IMG/VR virus record: IMGVR_UViG_3300038696_000205
Coordinates: 32,001 to 96,000 of that record
DNA length: 64,000 bases
Reading direction: 5' to 3' (one strand)
Source of the DNA: a virus
Made by a program: the position numbers and the translations under genes. Each line of letters begins with the position of its first letter. Positions within the stretch are counted from its first letter, which is position 1. This document shows, in pieces, positions 18,435-28,646 of the stretch. The notes beneath the pieces were generated by a model that was not told the DNA's origin, did not search any database, and saw only the letters and a list, made by a program, of their open reading frames with translations.

Positions 18435-18899
18435 GTTGTCCTTATTTAGATTTAATAAAAATAAGAAAATAAATCAAAAATATTTGGTAGATGGGAATAA
18501 AAACCATACCTTTGCAATGTATAAATGTCAAAGTGTGTTTGTGGTGGCAAGATTGCACCTAAAACGACTTAACCATATAGGTTGGGTTAACTATGCGTAT
18601 AGAGGTATTATAACGTTCTCTTGCCATCTGAACACATAAAATAAATTTTAATATTAACCCATAAATAAAAATAATATGAAATAATTTGGAAATCTTAAAT
18701 ATTGTTCTTACCTTCGTAAGATATTACTTCCCATGTATAATGGAGTAAGTAAACAAATACATCCCATCCAAACGGAAGAGGGTGCAGATTTGTATATACC
18801 CATGTCAAAATGATTCTAAAAATCATAGGACGGTTGGGTGTATTGTCATGGAATATATCCACAGGACACCACCTAAAATTATACCCAGAAGTATACCGT

Positions 18900-19420
18900 A
18901 CCATCTGCCTTTAGGCCATACATGGCAACAGGACATGGATGTACACAATTGTGTATACATGGAGGTGCCCAAAGGTGCCTTTAGGCCATGAATGGCCACA
19001 GGACATGAATGTACAATAAAATCTAGCATGTATTCTAAGCAAAAATAGGCTTAAAATGCACAGGGATAATATTATTTAAAATTTTAGCAAAATTTATCGG
19101 CTGTTTGAAAGCTACATGATATATTTCTGCCAGTAAATACCCTCGAATATGCACATAAAACCTCTTTCCGCAACTCCACGTCCTCATCGTTACCCCTAAA
19201 TCCCACTATTTACCACTTTTTACCCCATTTTCACATTTTCATCAATATAGCGAGTACGTGCGAAGTAAGGGGCGTAAGGAACACTACAGTACCCAAATAG
19301 GTATATTAAAAGATAGTGCGTTACGTGTCCTTATTTCGCTATCTGGGTGTGCCTTTAGGCCATGAATGGCCTGTGGCCATGGATGTACACAATTGTGTAC
19401 ATAAAGGCACATAAATGTCC
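18900..19420. repeat. Non-coding block with three ~50-bp palindrome-rich repeats and nested inverted repeats
   Basis: GCCTTTAGGCCAT...GGMCATGRATGTACA units at 18907, 18977 and 19351; ATAGCGA/TCGCTAT and TAAGG(A)ACAC/GTGTCCTTA pairs at ~19245-19341. Confidence 0.7.
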
Positions 19421-19442
19421 TATATCACATAAGGCTTTATAA

Positions 19443-19682
19443 TTATTCTACTAGGTTTATTTCTTGTAGGTTATTATATGATTTTCTATAGCCGTTAGTA
19501 AAGGTTATTTCTATGGTAGTCCAATTTTCTGATTTAGGCCACCAGTCGTTTGCTGATGTTGATGGTTCTAAATCTCGTGAGTGATATTCTTCTTTAACTT
19601 CTTTAATTTCCAGTTCGACCATTACTTTTGCATCGGTCATAATTTTAACTAGTTTTCCTTTCAATAGATTTGTTAGGTTCAT
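19443..19682 (-). CDS. Hypothetical protein
   Basis: ORF of 79 aa. Confidence 0.65.
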   Translation of the reverse strand: MNLTNLLKGKLVKIMTDAKVMVELEIKEVKEEYHSRDLEPSTSANDWWPKSENWTTIEITFTNGYRKSYNNLQEINLVE

Positions 19683-19979
19683 ATCCTTATTTTTATATTA
19701 TTGTTTAATGAGATATTGTGTTGCAAAGCATCCGCTAAAGTTTTCTAGGAAGACTACATCTTATTTCCTTTGGTAAAGATAATGAATATTTGTTTAATGT
19801 GCAAATATTATTTAGATTTATTTTCTAACTTCTTCAAGGTTTAACGTTTTATTTTAAAACCAATTGACCTTTAATTTTAGGATTTGCTATCTCGTAACTA
19901 ACAAGAACAAATCCTTTTTGTCCGTTGTGTTCTACCTCAAAATAATTTTCGTTAAGAATTGCTCTCATGGTTGTATTGT

Positions 19980-20168
19980 TTAATGTTGCACCACCTTATC
20001 TTGCCAGTCATACCAATCATCATCGTCCGATGCGCCTAGGGCTATGGCTTTTTCGTAATTCGACATTTGCTCATTGGCTAGTTGTAATTGAATTGCACCT
20101 AGTCCTGTATTTGCATTGGCAAAATTATAAATTGCATTTTCCTTTACTCCCCCTACTGTTAAACCCAT
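19980..20168 (-). CDS. Hypothetical protein
   Basis: ORF of 62 aa with own promoter. Confidence 0.55.
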   Translation of the reverse strand: MGLTVGGVKENAIYNFANANTGLGAIQLQLANEQMSNYEKAIALGASDDDDWYDWQDKVVQH

Positions 20169-20220
20169 GTTTTAATTATTAGATTACAAAGATAGATTCA
20201 CTATCTTTAATGTGCAAGTA

Positions 20221-20415
20221 TTATTTCTTTGTTTTTAATGCTATGACCTCTATTTTTTCACACTTTTCACATGTTCTTGTTAGTAGCATGTTACCCGACC
20301 TACCTTTGTCGTCCATTTTTTCATCTTCAAAATGTCTGAATTTGAAGTCTGCCCAATAGTGTCCACAAAGATATTGTTTAATATTTCTTATATGTTGTTG
20401 TATTATTTTTAACAT
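20221..20415 (-). CDS. Small Cys-containing hypothetical protein
   Basis: LCGH...CEKC. Confidence 0.55.
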   Translation of the reverse strand: MLKIIQQHIRNIKQYLCGHYWADFKFRHFEDEKMDDKGRSGNMLLTRTCEKCEKIEVIALKTKK

Positions 20416-20417
20416 AC

Positions 20418-20720
20418 CTAATATTTTTGCCAGTCATTATTATTTATATTATATTCACCCAACATCATACCTCGACCATTAGGGGAGTATGATTGTACCG
20501 TAATTTTATTTTCTGTAACCCGTTTTACCCTTCCCCTATATACCCCAAATGGAGTATCCATAAATACTTTATCGTTTACTTCTAAAGTTTGTACGACTGT
20601 TAGGTTTATTTTGGCTAGGATAAGGTTTCTTTTATATCTTTCATCCTTACTAAGATTAACGGCATTAATTATGTGTTGCGTATCCATCTTAATCGTTAAT
20701 AGTTCTTCGTTTGTAAACAT
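20418..20720 (-). CDS. Hypothetical protein
   Basis: ORF of 100 aa. Confidence 0.55.
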   Translation of the reverse strand: MFTNEELLTIKMDTQHIINAVNLSKDERYKRNLILAKINLTVVQTLEVNDKVFMDTPFGVYRGRVKRVTENKITVQSYSPNGRGMMLGEYNINNNDWQKY

Positions 20721-20731
20721 ATTATTTTATT

Positions 20732-20971
20732 TTAATTGTTGTAATAGATGTGTATAGGGTTATTGCAGTTTCCCTTATGAGCCATAAAACCAGAATTTGT
20801 TGTTCCCATAGTAATATATTGGCAATTATCTATATAGATAATTTTATGGCGTGGTTGGGTTTCTTTCTCACTTACAATATCATAATCCTTTTTACAGCCC
20901 AGTACACCTAGTAGTACAAGGGCTAATAGGGTGAATATTGCGTGGGCGACATTAAATTTATTTCTTTTCAT
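20732..20971 (-). CDS. Putative lipoprotein
   Basis: Hydrophobic N-terminus ending VLGC; C-terminal AHKGNCNNPIH. Confidence 0.6.
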   Translation of the reverse strand: MKRNKFNVAHAIFTLLALVLLGVLGCKKDYDIVSEKETQPRHKIIYIDNCQYITMGTTNSGFMAHKGNCNNPIHIYYNN

Positions 20972-21042
20972 ATTGATATTATTTGTTCATCATTGCTATT
21001 AGTATTAACAGAATGAGGAATATTAGGTTTACTATGTGTTTT

Positions 21043-21255
21043 TTATATTCTGTTTTCATCATCTTTTTTATTTTTCTTATTAATGATATTTCGTTCGTTA
21101 AAGAATATGAACAAGAGCATCGTTAATGTAAACCCCATATAAATCATACTGAAAACAACTTGCTTTTGTACGATTAGGACGTAGCTACCAAGACCTAGTG
21201 TAAGTGCTACCCTAAGTACGGTGTTTATAATATTTTGTTTATGCTCCTTATTCAT
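21043..21255 (-). CDS. Small membrane protein
   Basis: Two hydrophobic segments. Confidence 0.55.
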   Translation of the reverse strand: MNKEHKQNIINTVLRVALTLGLGSYVLIVQKQVVFSMIYMGFTLTMLLFIFFNERNIINKKNKKDDENRI

Positions 21256-21307
21256 TTTGTTTTATTTATATTGCAAATATACTCCAAATAAATTTAACTT
21301 GCAAATA

Positions 21308-21610
21308 TTATTTTTGCAATTGTTTAATTTTATTTAATAAGTTCTTCTTTTTTAAGTTTGCAACTTTTCTTTTTTCAATAATATTTTTGGTTTTCCTCAT
21401 ACCCTCATTATATTTTAGGGTAAGGATTTCATCGGTATCATTAACGTTTAGGTCGAAGTAATACAATACATACCCTTTGTACCAAAAATTAACGGAATTA
21501 TGGTCTTTGTAACCCACCGCATATATTCCGAACATACCAACTCTTCTTAAAAGAAATATTATTATTATTATGGCAACCATTCCTACCATTGATATTATTA
21601 ATTGTTCCAT
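21308..21610 (-). CDS. Membrane-anchored hypothetical protein
   Basis: N-terminal TM segment. Confidence 0.55.
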   Translation of the reverse strand: MEQLIISMVGMVAIIIIIFLLRRVGMFGIYAVGYKDHNSVNFWYKGYVLYYFDLNVNDTDEILTLKYNEGMRKTKNIIEKRKVANLKKKNLLNKIKQLQK

Positions 21611-21630
21611 TTTATTTCGTTATTAAACTA

Positions 21631-21993
21631 TTAGTAACCCCTAAGGTTTTTAAAATCCTCATATATTTCGTCTGGCGTTTTATCTCCACACGGGTTTAGG
21701 ATTTCCTCTAACGCTTTCTTTCCTTGCTCTCCATTACTTAATCTATCATACCAAATAGTTGCTTCCAATGAGCCTTCCACTTGTATGTCCTCTAGTTCTG
21801 AATCATGTATGACCGTATACGTTCTATTATCCCATTCAGTACCCTTTAGGCATAGTTTGTATGTCACACTACCCACTGGGTATATATCGTCCATTTCGGG
21901 GTCTTGGTGATGTGTTGAGGCTGTAAGTATATTTAAGGTCTTGCCCTTATATACGTACCTTGAAGAATCTTTAACTTTTGCCGTACCTTTCAT
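21631..21993 (-). CDS. Hypothetical protein
   Basis: ORF of 120 aa. Confidence 0.6.
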   Translation of the reverse strand: MKGTAKVKDSSRYVYKGKTLNILTASTHHQDPEMDDIYPVGSVTYKLCLKGTEWDNRTYTVIHDSELEDIQVEGSLEATIWYDRLSNGEQGKKALEEILNPCGDKTPDEIYEDFKNLRGY

Positions 21994-22393
21994 TTTTATA
22001 TTTTAAAAATTTTCCTCTGTTAATACCGTACTTTAAATATTGTATGTTAGATTCCCCACACGTTGTTAGTTTATTGTTCTTCCAATTAAATGATGAATCG
22101 TGCATAGCTTGTAGCTTTTTCCATAGCTTAGTACTAAACCCTCTATATTGTGGTTTAAACACCTCTTGTCCTAATTTTTTAATTAAAAAAGAAACGTCAA
22201 AACCAGTATTATACAGGTCATAGTTCATAACGTCTTGGTCAAGGCATCTACCAACAGCGCACATATTACCCTCTTCTGATTTATATACACATAGGGTCGT
22301 ACCGACAAGTACACCTCGTCTTGATGGGTCTTCGGTGTAGTATTGAACTGTTTCGTCCAGTAAAGCTAATTGTTCATCTATTGTTCTTGACAT
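21971..22393 (-). CDS. Hypothetical phage protein
   Basis: CVY...CAVGRCL...LQAMHD motif; own promoter. Confidence 0.7.
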   Translation of the reverse strand: MSRTIDEQLALLDETVQYYTEDPSRRGVLVGTTLCVYKSEEGNMCAVGRCLDQDVMNYDLYNTGFDVSFLIKKLGQEVFKPQYRGFSTKLWKKLQAMHDSSFNWKNNKLTTCGESNIQYLKYGINRGKFLKYKNERYGKS

Positions 22394-22460
22394 AATCGAT
22401 ATGTTTTAGTTATCTTAGACAAAGATAGTGATAATATTTGGTCTGACCAAACATTATTCT

Positions 22461-22820
22461 TTAATATTCTTTAATATTTTTTTCTATTTTTGTTCTAAGT
22501 CTGTCCACATACTCCATTAACTTATCTTGTGGCATTTCTTCCATACCCATTTTAAGAATATCGTTTAATATTGTGTAGCTTCTGGGCAGATTAATAAAAT
22601 CCAAGACTATTAAATTTTCTTTTAATCTGTTATAATGGGAGATAAATGTTTCTTCTAATAGGTGGAAAAAATCACCTTCAATTTCAAATTCTGGAATACC
22701 GAATAATTCTTCTAAGTACCAATTTATACCATCTTCATCGCATAACCTTACGTAGCATTTACCTTCGTACTCCATTACATGAGAATCTTGGGATGCTATA
22801 AATTTTACATTAGTTTTCAT
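22461..22820 (-). CDS. Hypothetical protein
   Basis: Likely start MKTNVKF at 22820. Confidence 0.6.
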   Translation of the reverse strand: MKTNVKFIASQDSHVMEYEGKCYVRLCDEDGINWYLEELFGIPEFEIEGDFFHLLEETFISHYNRLKENLIVLDFINLPRSYTILNDILKMGMEEMPQDKLMEYVDRLRTKIEKNIKEY

Positions 22821-22989
22821 ATTTTCGTATTTTTTGTTTACCAGTACCCTTACATAAGCCACATTTTGGACTTCCATCATCGTCATAATAACCACTACCA
22901 TTACAAGCACCGCAAGGTTCTTCCTTAACACCCTTTACGTATTTGTTATAATGTTCCGTTCTTTTTAATTTTCTTTCGTGAAAGCTCAT
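22810..22989 (-). CDS. Small DnaJ-type zinc-finger protein (59 aa)
   Basis: CGACNGSG...CGLCKGTG (two CxxCxGxG motifs); missed by the ORF track. Confidence 0.7.
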   Translation of the reverse strand: MSFHERKLKRTEHYNKYVKGVKEEPCGACNGSGYYDDDGSPKCGLCKGTGKQKIRKYEN

Positions 22990-23000
22990 TATAAAGTTTT

Positions 23001-23258
23001 TTAAGTAGTTTTTATCGACTTGTATATTGTGATAATTGATTCCTTCAACACATTTTCACCAAAAAAGGATGTATCTTTTTTATTGTTAATGGTAAAGGGA
23101 TACATATTTCCCGAAATAACCTCATTTATGGTGTCGGTTAAATCCATTATTTCTCCATTTGTCATTTCGTTATATTCGGAAGTGTAGGTTTTATCCCTAT
23201 AGGTTAGTTCAACACAAACCGTATATATTATCGGGGTTATTTTGGTTTTATTTGACAT
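23001..23258 (-). CDS. Hypothetical protein
   Basis: ORF of 85 aa. Confidence 0.55.
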   Translation of the reverse strand: MSNKTKITPIIYTVCVELTYRDKTYTSEYNEMTNGEIMDLTDTINEVISGNMYPFTINNKKDTSFFGENVLKESIITIYKSIKTT

Positions 23259-23270
23259 AAAGTTATTATT

Positions 23271-23591
23271 TTAAATTATTGAATCTATAAATGTTTTTAA
23301 TTTAATTCCATCACTTCTTGACTCAATCATGAATTTGGCACCTTTAATTTTTATATCCCTGATTTTTGTGTCGGTATTGCCCCATTCTTTTAATCGGTTA
23401 TCGTCCGCTGTATTAGTAAATTCCTTTCTAAATTTATCGAATATTTTAATGTATTGTTCGTCCGTAAGATTAGTGTCCGATTTCCTATTTATTATGTCAA
23501 GACATTTTTCAATAATCACTTCCTCACGACCCGTAATATGGGTAGGTTTTTCAGTGCCAGTTAATTCAAAATATAATTCTTCTTTTGTCAT
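23271..23591 (-). CDS. Hypothetical protein
   Basis: ORF of 106 aa. Confidence 0.55.
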   Translation of the reverse strand: MTKEELYFELTGTEKPTHITGREEVIIEKCLDIINRKSDTNLTDEQYIKIFDKFRKEFTNTADDNRLKEWGNTDTKIRDIKIKGAKFMIESRSDGIKLKTFIDSII

Positions 23592-23609
23592 GTTACCTGA
23601 TTTATAGGA

Positions 23610-23831
23610 TTATTCCAAATTTTTTGATAAATTAAGTTCGGTTTCCAACCTATTTACTAATTCTTCAAGTTCTTCTTCATTACCTAACCATTGGAAGGCA
23701 ATATCGTAATATACGTTATTACTCCATTTGCGACTTGGATTTTTATTTTCGGAGCAAATTTGTAGCCTATCGATTAAGGAATAAAACTTATCGTTAGTTC
23801 CAGCTATGTTAGGTTTTTTTATATTTTCCAT
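23610..23831 (-). CDS. Hypothetical protein
   Basis: ORF of 73 aa. Confidence 0.55.
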   Translation of the reverse strand: MENIKKPNIAGTNDKFYSLIDRLQICSENKNPSRKWSNNVYYDIAFQWLGNEEELEELVNRLETELNLSKNLE

Positions 23832-23869
23832 ATTAAATAATTATTTAAGAAAATATAGCGAATATTTTA

Positions 23870-24388
23870 TTAAAAAACTAATTTTTTATTTAATAATTTT
23901 TCATTACCGTACACATGTAAGTATTTTAGGGTATCTAAAGACCAGATTAGATTACTTTTTCTTTTATTACACGTTTGACATGATACCACCAAATTATCTT
24001 TATCCCTTGCGGCACCTCCCTTTGATTTCGGGTTGAAGTGGTCAGCGGTAGCCATCTTTTTAAGGTCTTTATTCGGGTGGTCACATTGATAGATTATTAG
24101 GTCTTCCTTGCCACAATACACACAAGTTAACTTATGGTGTTCGTCTAACATTTCCTGTAGAAACGTCATGTTGAATAAGGTTTGGGCAAGACCATCCATT
24201 CGTTTTTTTGATTTCGGTATAAAGTGAATGCCTATTGACTTGAAACCAGATAATAAACTATTTATTTCATCTTGTAATAATTCATCTTTAATTAAGAGAT
24301 AATCACCATACGGGGTTGACCCGTATATTTGGTGTTGCTCTATTATATTAGCTGACTTATTTTTCGATGTTACAATTGTTTGACACAT
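23870..24388 (-). CDS. HNH endonuclease domain protein
   Basis: CVYCG...TADHFNPKSKGG...NLVVSCQTCNKRKSN. Confidence 0.85.
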   Translation of the reverse strand: MCQTIVTSKNKSANIIEQHQIYGSTPYGDYLLIKDELLQDEINSLLSGFKSIGIHFIPKSKKRMDGLAQTLFNMTFLQEMLDEHHKLTCVYCGKEDLIIYQCDHPNKDLKKMATADHFNPKSKGGAARDKDNLVVSCQTCNKRKSNLIWSLDTLKYLHVYGNEKLLNKKLVF

Positions 24389-24445
24389 ATTATTATTGTT
24401 TTTGTTCCTTACAAAGATACGTAAAATATTTTAGACCACCAAATA

Positions 24446-24979
24446 TTATATATTAATAACTATACCCCCATTAATATAAGCAGGATTTATCACTATTAAT
24501 GGTGATATTTTACCAAATTCGTATGATAGGGCTAGAGTAATTATCGGTAAGATACCATTATTGCGAATCCATGTAGGTAGATTATTTGTAAGTGGGTTTG
24601 TTACCCCGTGTTCTTTGTAATTACCATTTCTGGTAAAGTGCGCATCAAATAGATTATTATAGCCACTAATTATTCCCATATTCAAGGAAATGTCAAAATC
24701 ACCTATACTTCTACCCACACCATATTGTGTTAAAATTGATAATTTATGATAACTATTCGCTAGTACTCCTACTTGAATATCGTTGAACCAAATTTTATTG
24801 GTTTTTCTATATATGCCCACAATACCATGTCCACCCTCTGTATTGTGATATGGTAAGTCTGGTGTCCTGTCAAAGTGATAGGTCTTTAGCGGAATATATA
24901 ATTTAAATTCCGTTAACCTATCCTGTGATATTAGATTGATAGAGAAAATACAAAATAAAATTATTATAAATTGTTTCAT
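24446..24979 (-). CDS. Secreted, probable outer-membrane beta-barrel (PagP-like pattern)
   Basis: Signal peptide MKQFIIILFCIFSINLIS; YHFDR, NSYHK and ISGY motifs with alternating hydrophobic strands. Confidence 0.5.
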   Translation of the reverse strand: MKQFIIILFCIFSINLISQDRLTEFKLYIPLKTYHFDRTPDLPYHNTEGGHGIVGIYRKTNKIWFNDIQVGVLANSYHKLSILTQYGVGRSIGDFDISLNMGIISGYNNLFDAHFTRNGNYKEHGVTNPLTNNLPTWIRNNGILPIITLALSYEFGKISPLIVINPAYINGGIVINI

Positions 24980-24981
24980 AA

Positions 24982-25356
24982 TTAATTGGATAAATATATG
25001 ACCAAAGAGTTTATTATAATATGAAATGTGTTGTCCACTATAAATAATAACCACATTGAAAGGTAGATGGGTGTTTCCATTGGGTAGCCGAAATTCTTTA
25101 GGTTCTGAGTTCTATTTATAAATTGAATCCAATATCTAGCCAACCTATATCTATCTATGAAATAGTGCGTAATAAAGATTATTAACCAGTACCAATTTAG
25201 GTTGATTAATAAAAATGGTAACGAGTACACTAGGGCGTGTATTAGAGCCACATAACTCTTGGTGGTCTTTTTATTAGCCATCCAACTAGTTTGTAATAAA
25301 TAGTCACCTACAAAGTGTAATAGCAACCCGATAAATAATTTTAATTCTATACTCAT
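24982..25356 (-). CDS. DUF3307-family membrane protein
   Basis: HFVGDYLLQT, HALVY, THYFIDR and DNTFH motifs. Confidence 0.8.
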   Translation of the reverse strand: MSIELKLFIGLLLHFVGDYLLQTSWMANKKTTKSYVALIHALVYSLPFLLINLNWYWLIIFITHYFIDRYRLARYWIQFINRTQNLKNFGYPMETPIYLSMWLLFIVDNTFHIIINSLVIYLSN

Positions 25357-25459
25357 GATATTAAGGTTTTATTTACAACAAAGATACAATAAAAAATCCT
25401 AACTATCAAAGATAATTAGGATTTAATGAACAAACTAACAAACTAACAAACAAATTATA

Positions 25460-25810
25460 TTAAGATTTTCTTTTTAAGCCAAGTTCAGCCGCTGAATAGT
25501 GGATATTGAACCACATGGATTCCATCAGGGATTCGCTTTGTGATGCATCGTCCAATACATCCATTGCTTCTTCTTCCGAGCAATCGTAATGACCCGTTAC
25601 ATCTTCTATTGACCACATATTACTTGCACATATACCAAGGTCTGTTAGAACCTCTTTGGCTTCTTTTTCCTGTGCATATTCGGAATCATTGATTTCTTCT
25701 AATGTATCGGCTATGTTGAACCTTTCATCACCAACGATAACAAACTCGTTAGACGAATACTCTTGAAGTTGTAATAATGCCAATTTTAAAAGTGCTTTTG
25801 AATTTTTCAT
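25460..25810 (-). CDS. Hypothetical acidic protein
   Basis: ORF of 116 aa with own promoter. Confidence 0.65.
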   Translation of the reverse strand: MKNSKALLKLALLQLQEYSSNEFVIVGDERFNIADTLEEINDSEYAQEKEAKEVLTDLGICASNMWSIEDVTGHYDCSEEEAMDVLDDASQSESLMESMWFNIHYSAAELGLKRKS

Positions 25811-25880
25811 AATTTAGGTTTTTAATGTTGTTATTATTTCTTTTGTCAAAGATACGTAACTTAATTCGTTATACCAAATA

Positions 25881-26906
25881 TTATTTAAAGAAATATTTGA
25901 AATTTTCTCCACCATAAGCATCCTTGGTCAAATTAATCATTTCGCCAACACTATAATCTCGTTCCTCAATCTTAAATTCATTAACGAAATCCTTGACTCC
26001 GAACGAACATGCGCCAGTAATTATCCTGTAACATTCTATCGCATCACCAAATGACAATACGTTATCCAACGTTAACCCTTTGTAATCTTCCACACACTTA
26101 TTACTTATCTTAAATAATAAATCAAGTTTAGCTTCTTTAATGGTTTCACCGTGCGCCCATCTATCCTCACCATCGGTAACTAAATAAAGTTTATTCTCAT
26201 CGCTTAATTTCTTCACCTCATATACATTACCCCGTTTATGTAGCACTTCGGTGAACACCCCATCAACCTTTACGTATTTCCCATCTTGCCAAAATATTGC
26301 CTTTGGGGGTAGACTTTTTTGAATCGATGTAACCTTATCCAAATATAAGTGACCACCCACCGTAGGGTTAAATCCTTCTGGAATCATTGTAAGTGAGTTT
26401 AAGTCTAAACTACCCCCAACCGTAGGATTAAATCCTTCTGGAATATTTTTAAGTGACCTTAAGTATAAACTACCATCCACCATAGGATTAAACCCCCCTG
26501 GAATCGATTTTAGACTACTTAAATCTAAAGTACCACCAACGGTGGGATTGAATCCTTCTGGAATCGATGTAAGTTTATATAAATCTAAATCACCACCAAC
26601 GGTGGGGTTGAATCCATCTGGAATAGAGATGAGATTTTCTAAAAATAAACCCCCACTAACGATTGGGTTAAATCCTTCTGGAATCGATGTTAGGTAACCT
26701 AAATATAAACTACCACCAACAATTGGGTTAAAGCTATCTGGAATCGCCGTGATATTATTTAAGAATAAATGATTTCTGACTTTAGGATTAAACCCATCTG
26801 GAATCGATGTGAGTAAATTTAAGAATAAATTATCGTTAATTATATCAATTCCTAAGAATTGATTTTCCGTTATATTTGCATATTGCATTAATTCTTCTTT
26901 AGTCAT
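25881..26906 (-). CDS. Leucine-rich 20-aa repeat protein (short paralogue)
   Basis: About 9 repeats of LxLxxLTSIPEGFNPxVGGx, then a C-terminal domain (DGVF..KRGN, WAHG, YRIITGAC). Confidence 0.85.
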   Translation of the reverse strand: MTKEELMQYANITENQFLGIDIINDNLFLNLLTSIPDGFNPKVRNHLFLNNITAIPDSFNPIVGGSLYLGYLTSIPEGFNPIVSGGLFLENLISIPDGFNPTVGGDLDLYKLTSIPEGFNPTVGGTLDLSSLKSIPGGFNPMVDGSLYLRSLKNIPEGFNPTVGGSLDLNSLTMIPEGFNPTVGGHLYLDKVTSIQKSLPPKAIFWQDGKYVKVDGVFTEVLHKRGNVYEVKKLSDENKLYLVTDGEDRWAHGETIKEAKLDLLFKISNKCVEDYKGLTLDNVLSFGDAIECYRIITGACSFGVKDFVNEFKIEERDYSVGEMINLTKDAYGGENFKYFFK

Positions 26907-27078
26907 TTCAAGTATTTTTAAGTATTTTAACCAAGTGATTTTCTATAACCCATTACCCATCGTTCAAAATCTTGAACTTCATCGTGTGCTATTAAATATT
27001 CCCAAAGTCCAGATTCACTAATCAAAGCTTGTTTTCTACTGTCTTTTATCGCTTGTGACATAAAGTTTTTATTTTAAA

Positions 27079-27402
27079 TTATTGTAGACCAACTGCCCTA
27101 AACCAATTCAATATTCTATTATTTTCGCTTAAAGGGTAACTCCAACGCCCCGTAATAAGAAAAATAAAAGGTAATGATAACAACATTAACATCATTAATA
27201 CAAACGCAAATGGCATCGTTAATCTTAACCAAAAGGTTACTGGTGTTTTAATTTCAGAGAAAAATTCAACATTTAATTCTATAAACCTATTACAAAGTTC
27301 CTGACTATCTAATTTAGATAATTCTGGGAATGTTTTCTTAAAATTGGGTATATGGTTTAAATAACCATGTGACCAAGTTCTTTTTAATTTTCTATACAAC
27401 AT
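27079..27402 (-). CDS. Membrane protein
   Basis: Hydrophobic segment RLTMPFAFVLMMLMLLSLPFIFLI. Confidence 0.6.
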   Translation of the reverse strand: MLYRKLKRTWSHGYLNHIPNFKKTFPELSKLDSQELCNRFIELNVEFFSEIKTPVTFWLRLTMPFAFVLMMLMLLSLPFIFLITGRWSYPLSENNRILNWFRAVGLQ

Positions 27403-27407
27403 ATTAT

Positions 27408-27614
27408 TTAATATTTTTCCAATTCTTTTTCTTCAAATTCAATACTGGCACTTATTTTTTCATCAGTATCTACAATAAGGTAATTACCCCTAACTAGAAC
27501 AACAAACTTGGTATTGGTCTTAATTACGTCATAGACCTCACCTTTTATAAACGCCAATTGACCGTGTAAGGTCAACTGGTTAATTTTTCCATTTAAGTTA
27601 TTTAGTCGTATCAT
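27408..27614 (-). CDS. Hypothetical protein
   Basis: ORF of 68 aa. Confidence 0.5.
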   Translation of the reverse strand: MIRLNNLNGKINQLTLHGQLAFIKGEVYDVIKTNTKFVVLVRGNYLIVDTDEKISASIEFEEKELEKY

Positions 27615-27846
27615 CCTGTAATAGTTTTTCTAAGGTTTCAAAATCTTCATCCCTACTTTTTTTATCCTCATAATATGTAAAGGATGCTATTGAGTTGGTG
27701 GCCTCTACAACCAATATAGAGTAACCGCTAACATGACTTTTTTTAACCTCAAAGTCATTTTCCTTAGCATCCTCAACTATATTTTTTATAGAACTATTAT
27801 TAAATTTAGATTTTATCATAGTTTTAATTTTAAATTTAGTTTGCAA
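27598..27846 (-). CDS. Hypothetical protein
   Basis: ORF; true start probably MIKSKF. Confidence 0.55.
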   Translation of the reverse strand: MQTKFKIKTMIKSKFNNSSIKNIVEDAKENDFEVKKSHVSGYSILVVEATNSIASFTYYEDKKSRDEDFETLEKLLQDDTTK

Positions 27847-27919
27847 TTACTATTAAATAGTGTAAGACATCGCAAACTAAATTTTAACAATGTCTTACAA
27901 ATATACTGAAAATAATCGA

Positions 27920-28195
27920 CTATTCCAAATCGTTTGTTAGGATTTTATCGATTCTATCGATTCTATCCATAATTTCATCAATCTTTAAAAACCACATATT
28001 TTCATAGTAACCTCCATCACTATCCATACCCTCTTGAAATTCCTTATTTTCGTAGCACCAACTTTTTAATTCTTTTAATTGGTCAAGATGAAATTTAATT
28101 GATTTTTCAGCACAAAGTTCAGCAAATATTTGAGTAGGTTGATTTTTATCTATTAGTTTTTTAAAGCTAACTATTAATTCTTCTTTTGTTTTCAT
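27920..28195 (-). CDS. Hypothetical protein
   Basis: ORF of 91 aa. Confidence 0.6.
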   Translation of the reverse strand: MKTKEELIVSFKKLIDKNQPTQIFAELCAEKSIKFHLDQLKELKSWCYENKEFQEGMDSDGGYYENMWFLKIDEIMDRIDRIDKILTNDLE

Positions 28196-28196
28196 A

Positions 28197-28589
28197 TTAT
28201 TTATTATTTGTGTAAATTTCCTTAACCAATGACATCAAAGATTCTTCGGTAATTATAACCTCATCAGGGTTTTCATAACAATCGTCCATTTCATGCGTCT
28301 GTGTATGAACCCTACCATCGGGTAAATTTGTTACCCTTGGCTCATCAAGTTCGATAAGACCGCAGTATTGTACACCGTAATTAATTTCCTGTGGGTCACT
28401 TGGTTTTGTCTTTGGTATGTCGTCAGCCCACGCATTCATATCGAATAATGGTTTACCATCATTACCTATAATCGTATCCCAACCCTCAAACTCAAAATTT
28501 CTGATTGTTTGTACGGGAATACCCTTACCTATAACTAATGCTAATTTTTCTTTTTCGTTGATAAAAACTTGTTTGATTCTTACTTCCAT
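28197..28589 (-). CDS. Hypothetical protein
   Basis: ORF of 130 aa with own promoter. Confidence 0.65.
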   Translation of the reverse strand: MEVRIKQVFINEKEKLALVIGKGIPVQTIRNFEFEGWDTIIGNDGKPLFDMNAWADDIPKTKPSDPQEINYGVQYCGLIELDEPRVTNLPDGRVHTQTHEMDDCYENPDEVIITEESLMSLVKEIYTNNK

Positions 28590-28646
28590 AATATTGTTAT
28601 TTTTGTTCCCTACAAAGATACATAATTTATTTCATTATACCAAATA

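Noticed and set aside
18406-18639. 77-aa plus-strand ORF
   Set aside because: It starts inside small-RNA copy 6 and spans a promoter near 18482-18512; only a 15-codon peptide follows that promoter.
18690-19030. Overlapping 68-69 aa ORFs in the repeat block
   Set aside because: Three mutually overlapping frames on both strands arise from GC-richer palindromic repeats, with no expression signals.
19680-19760. Short frame ATG TAG TCT TCC TAG... suggesting amber readthrough
   Set aside because: Only ~26 codons with no recognisable motif; compatible with chance in a leader region.
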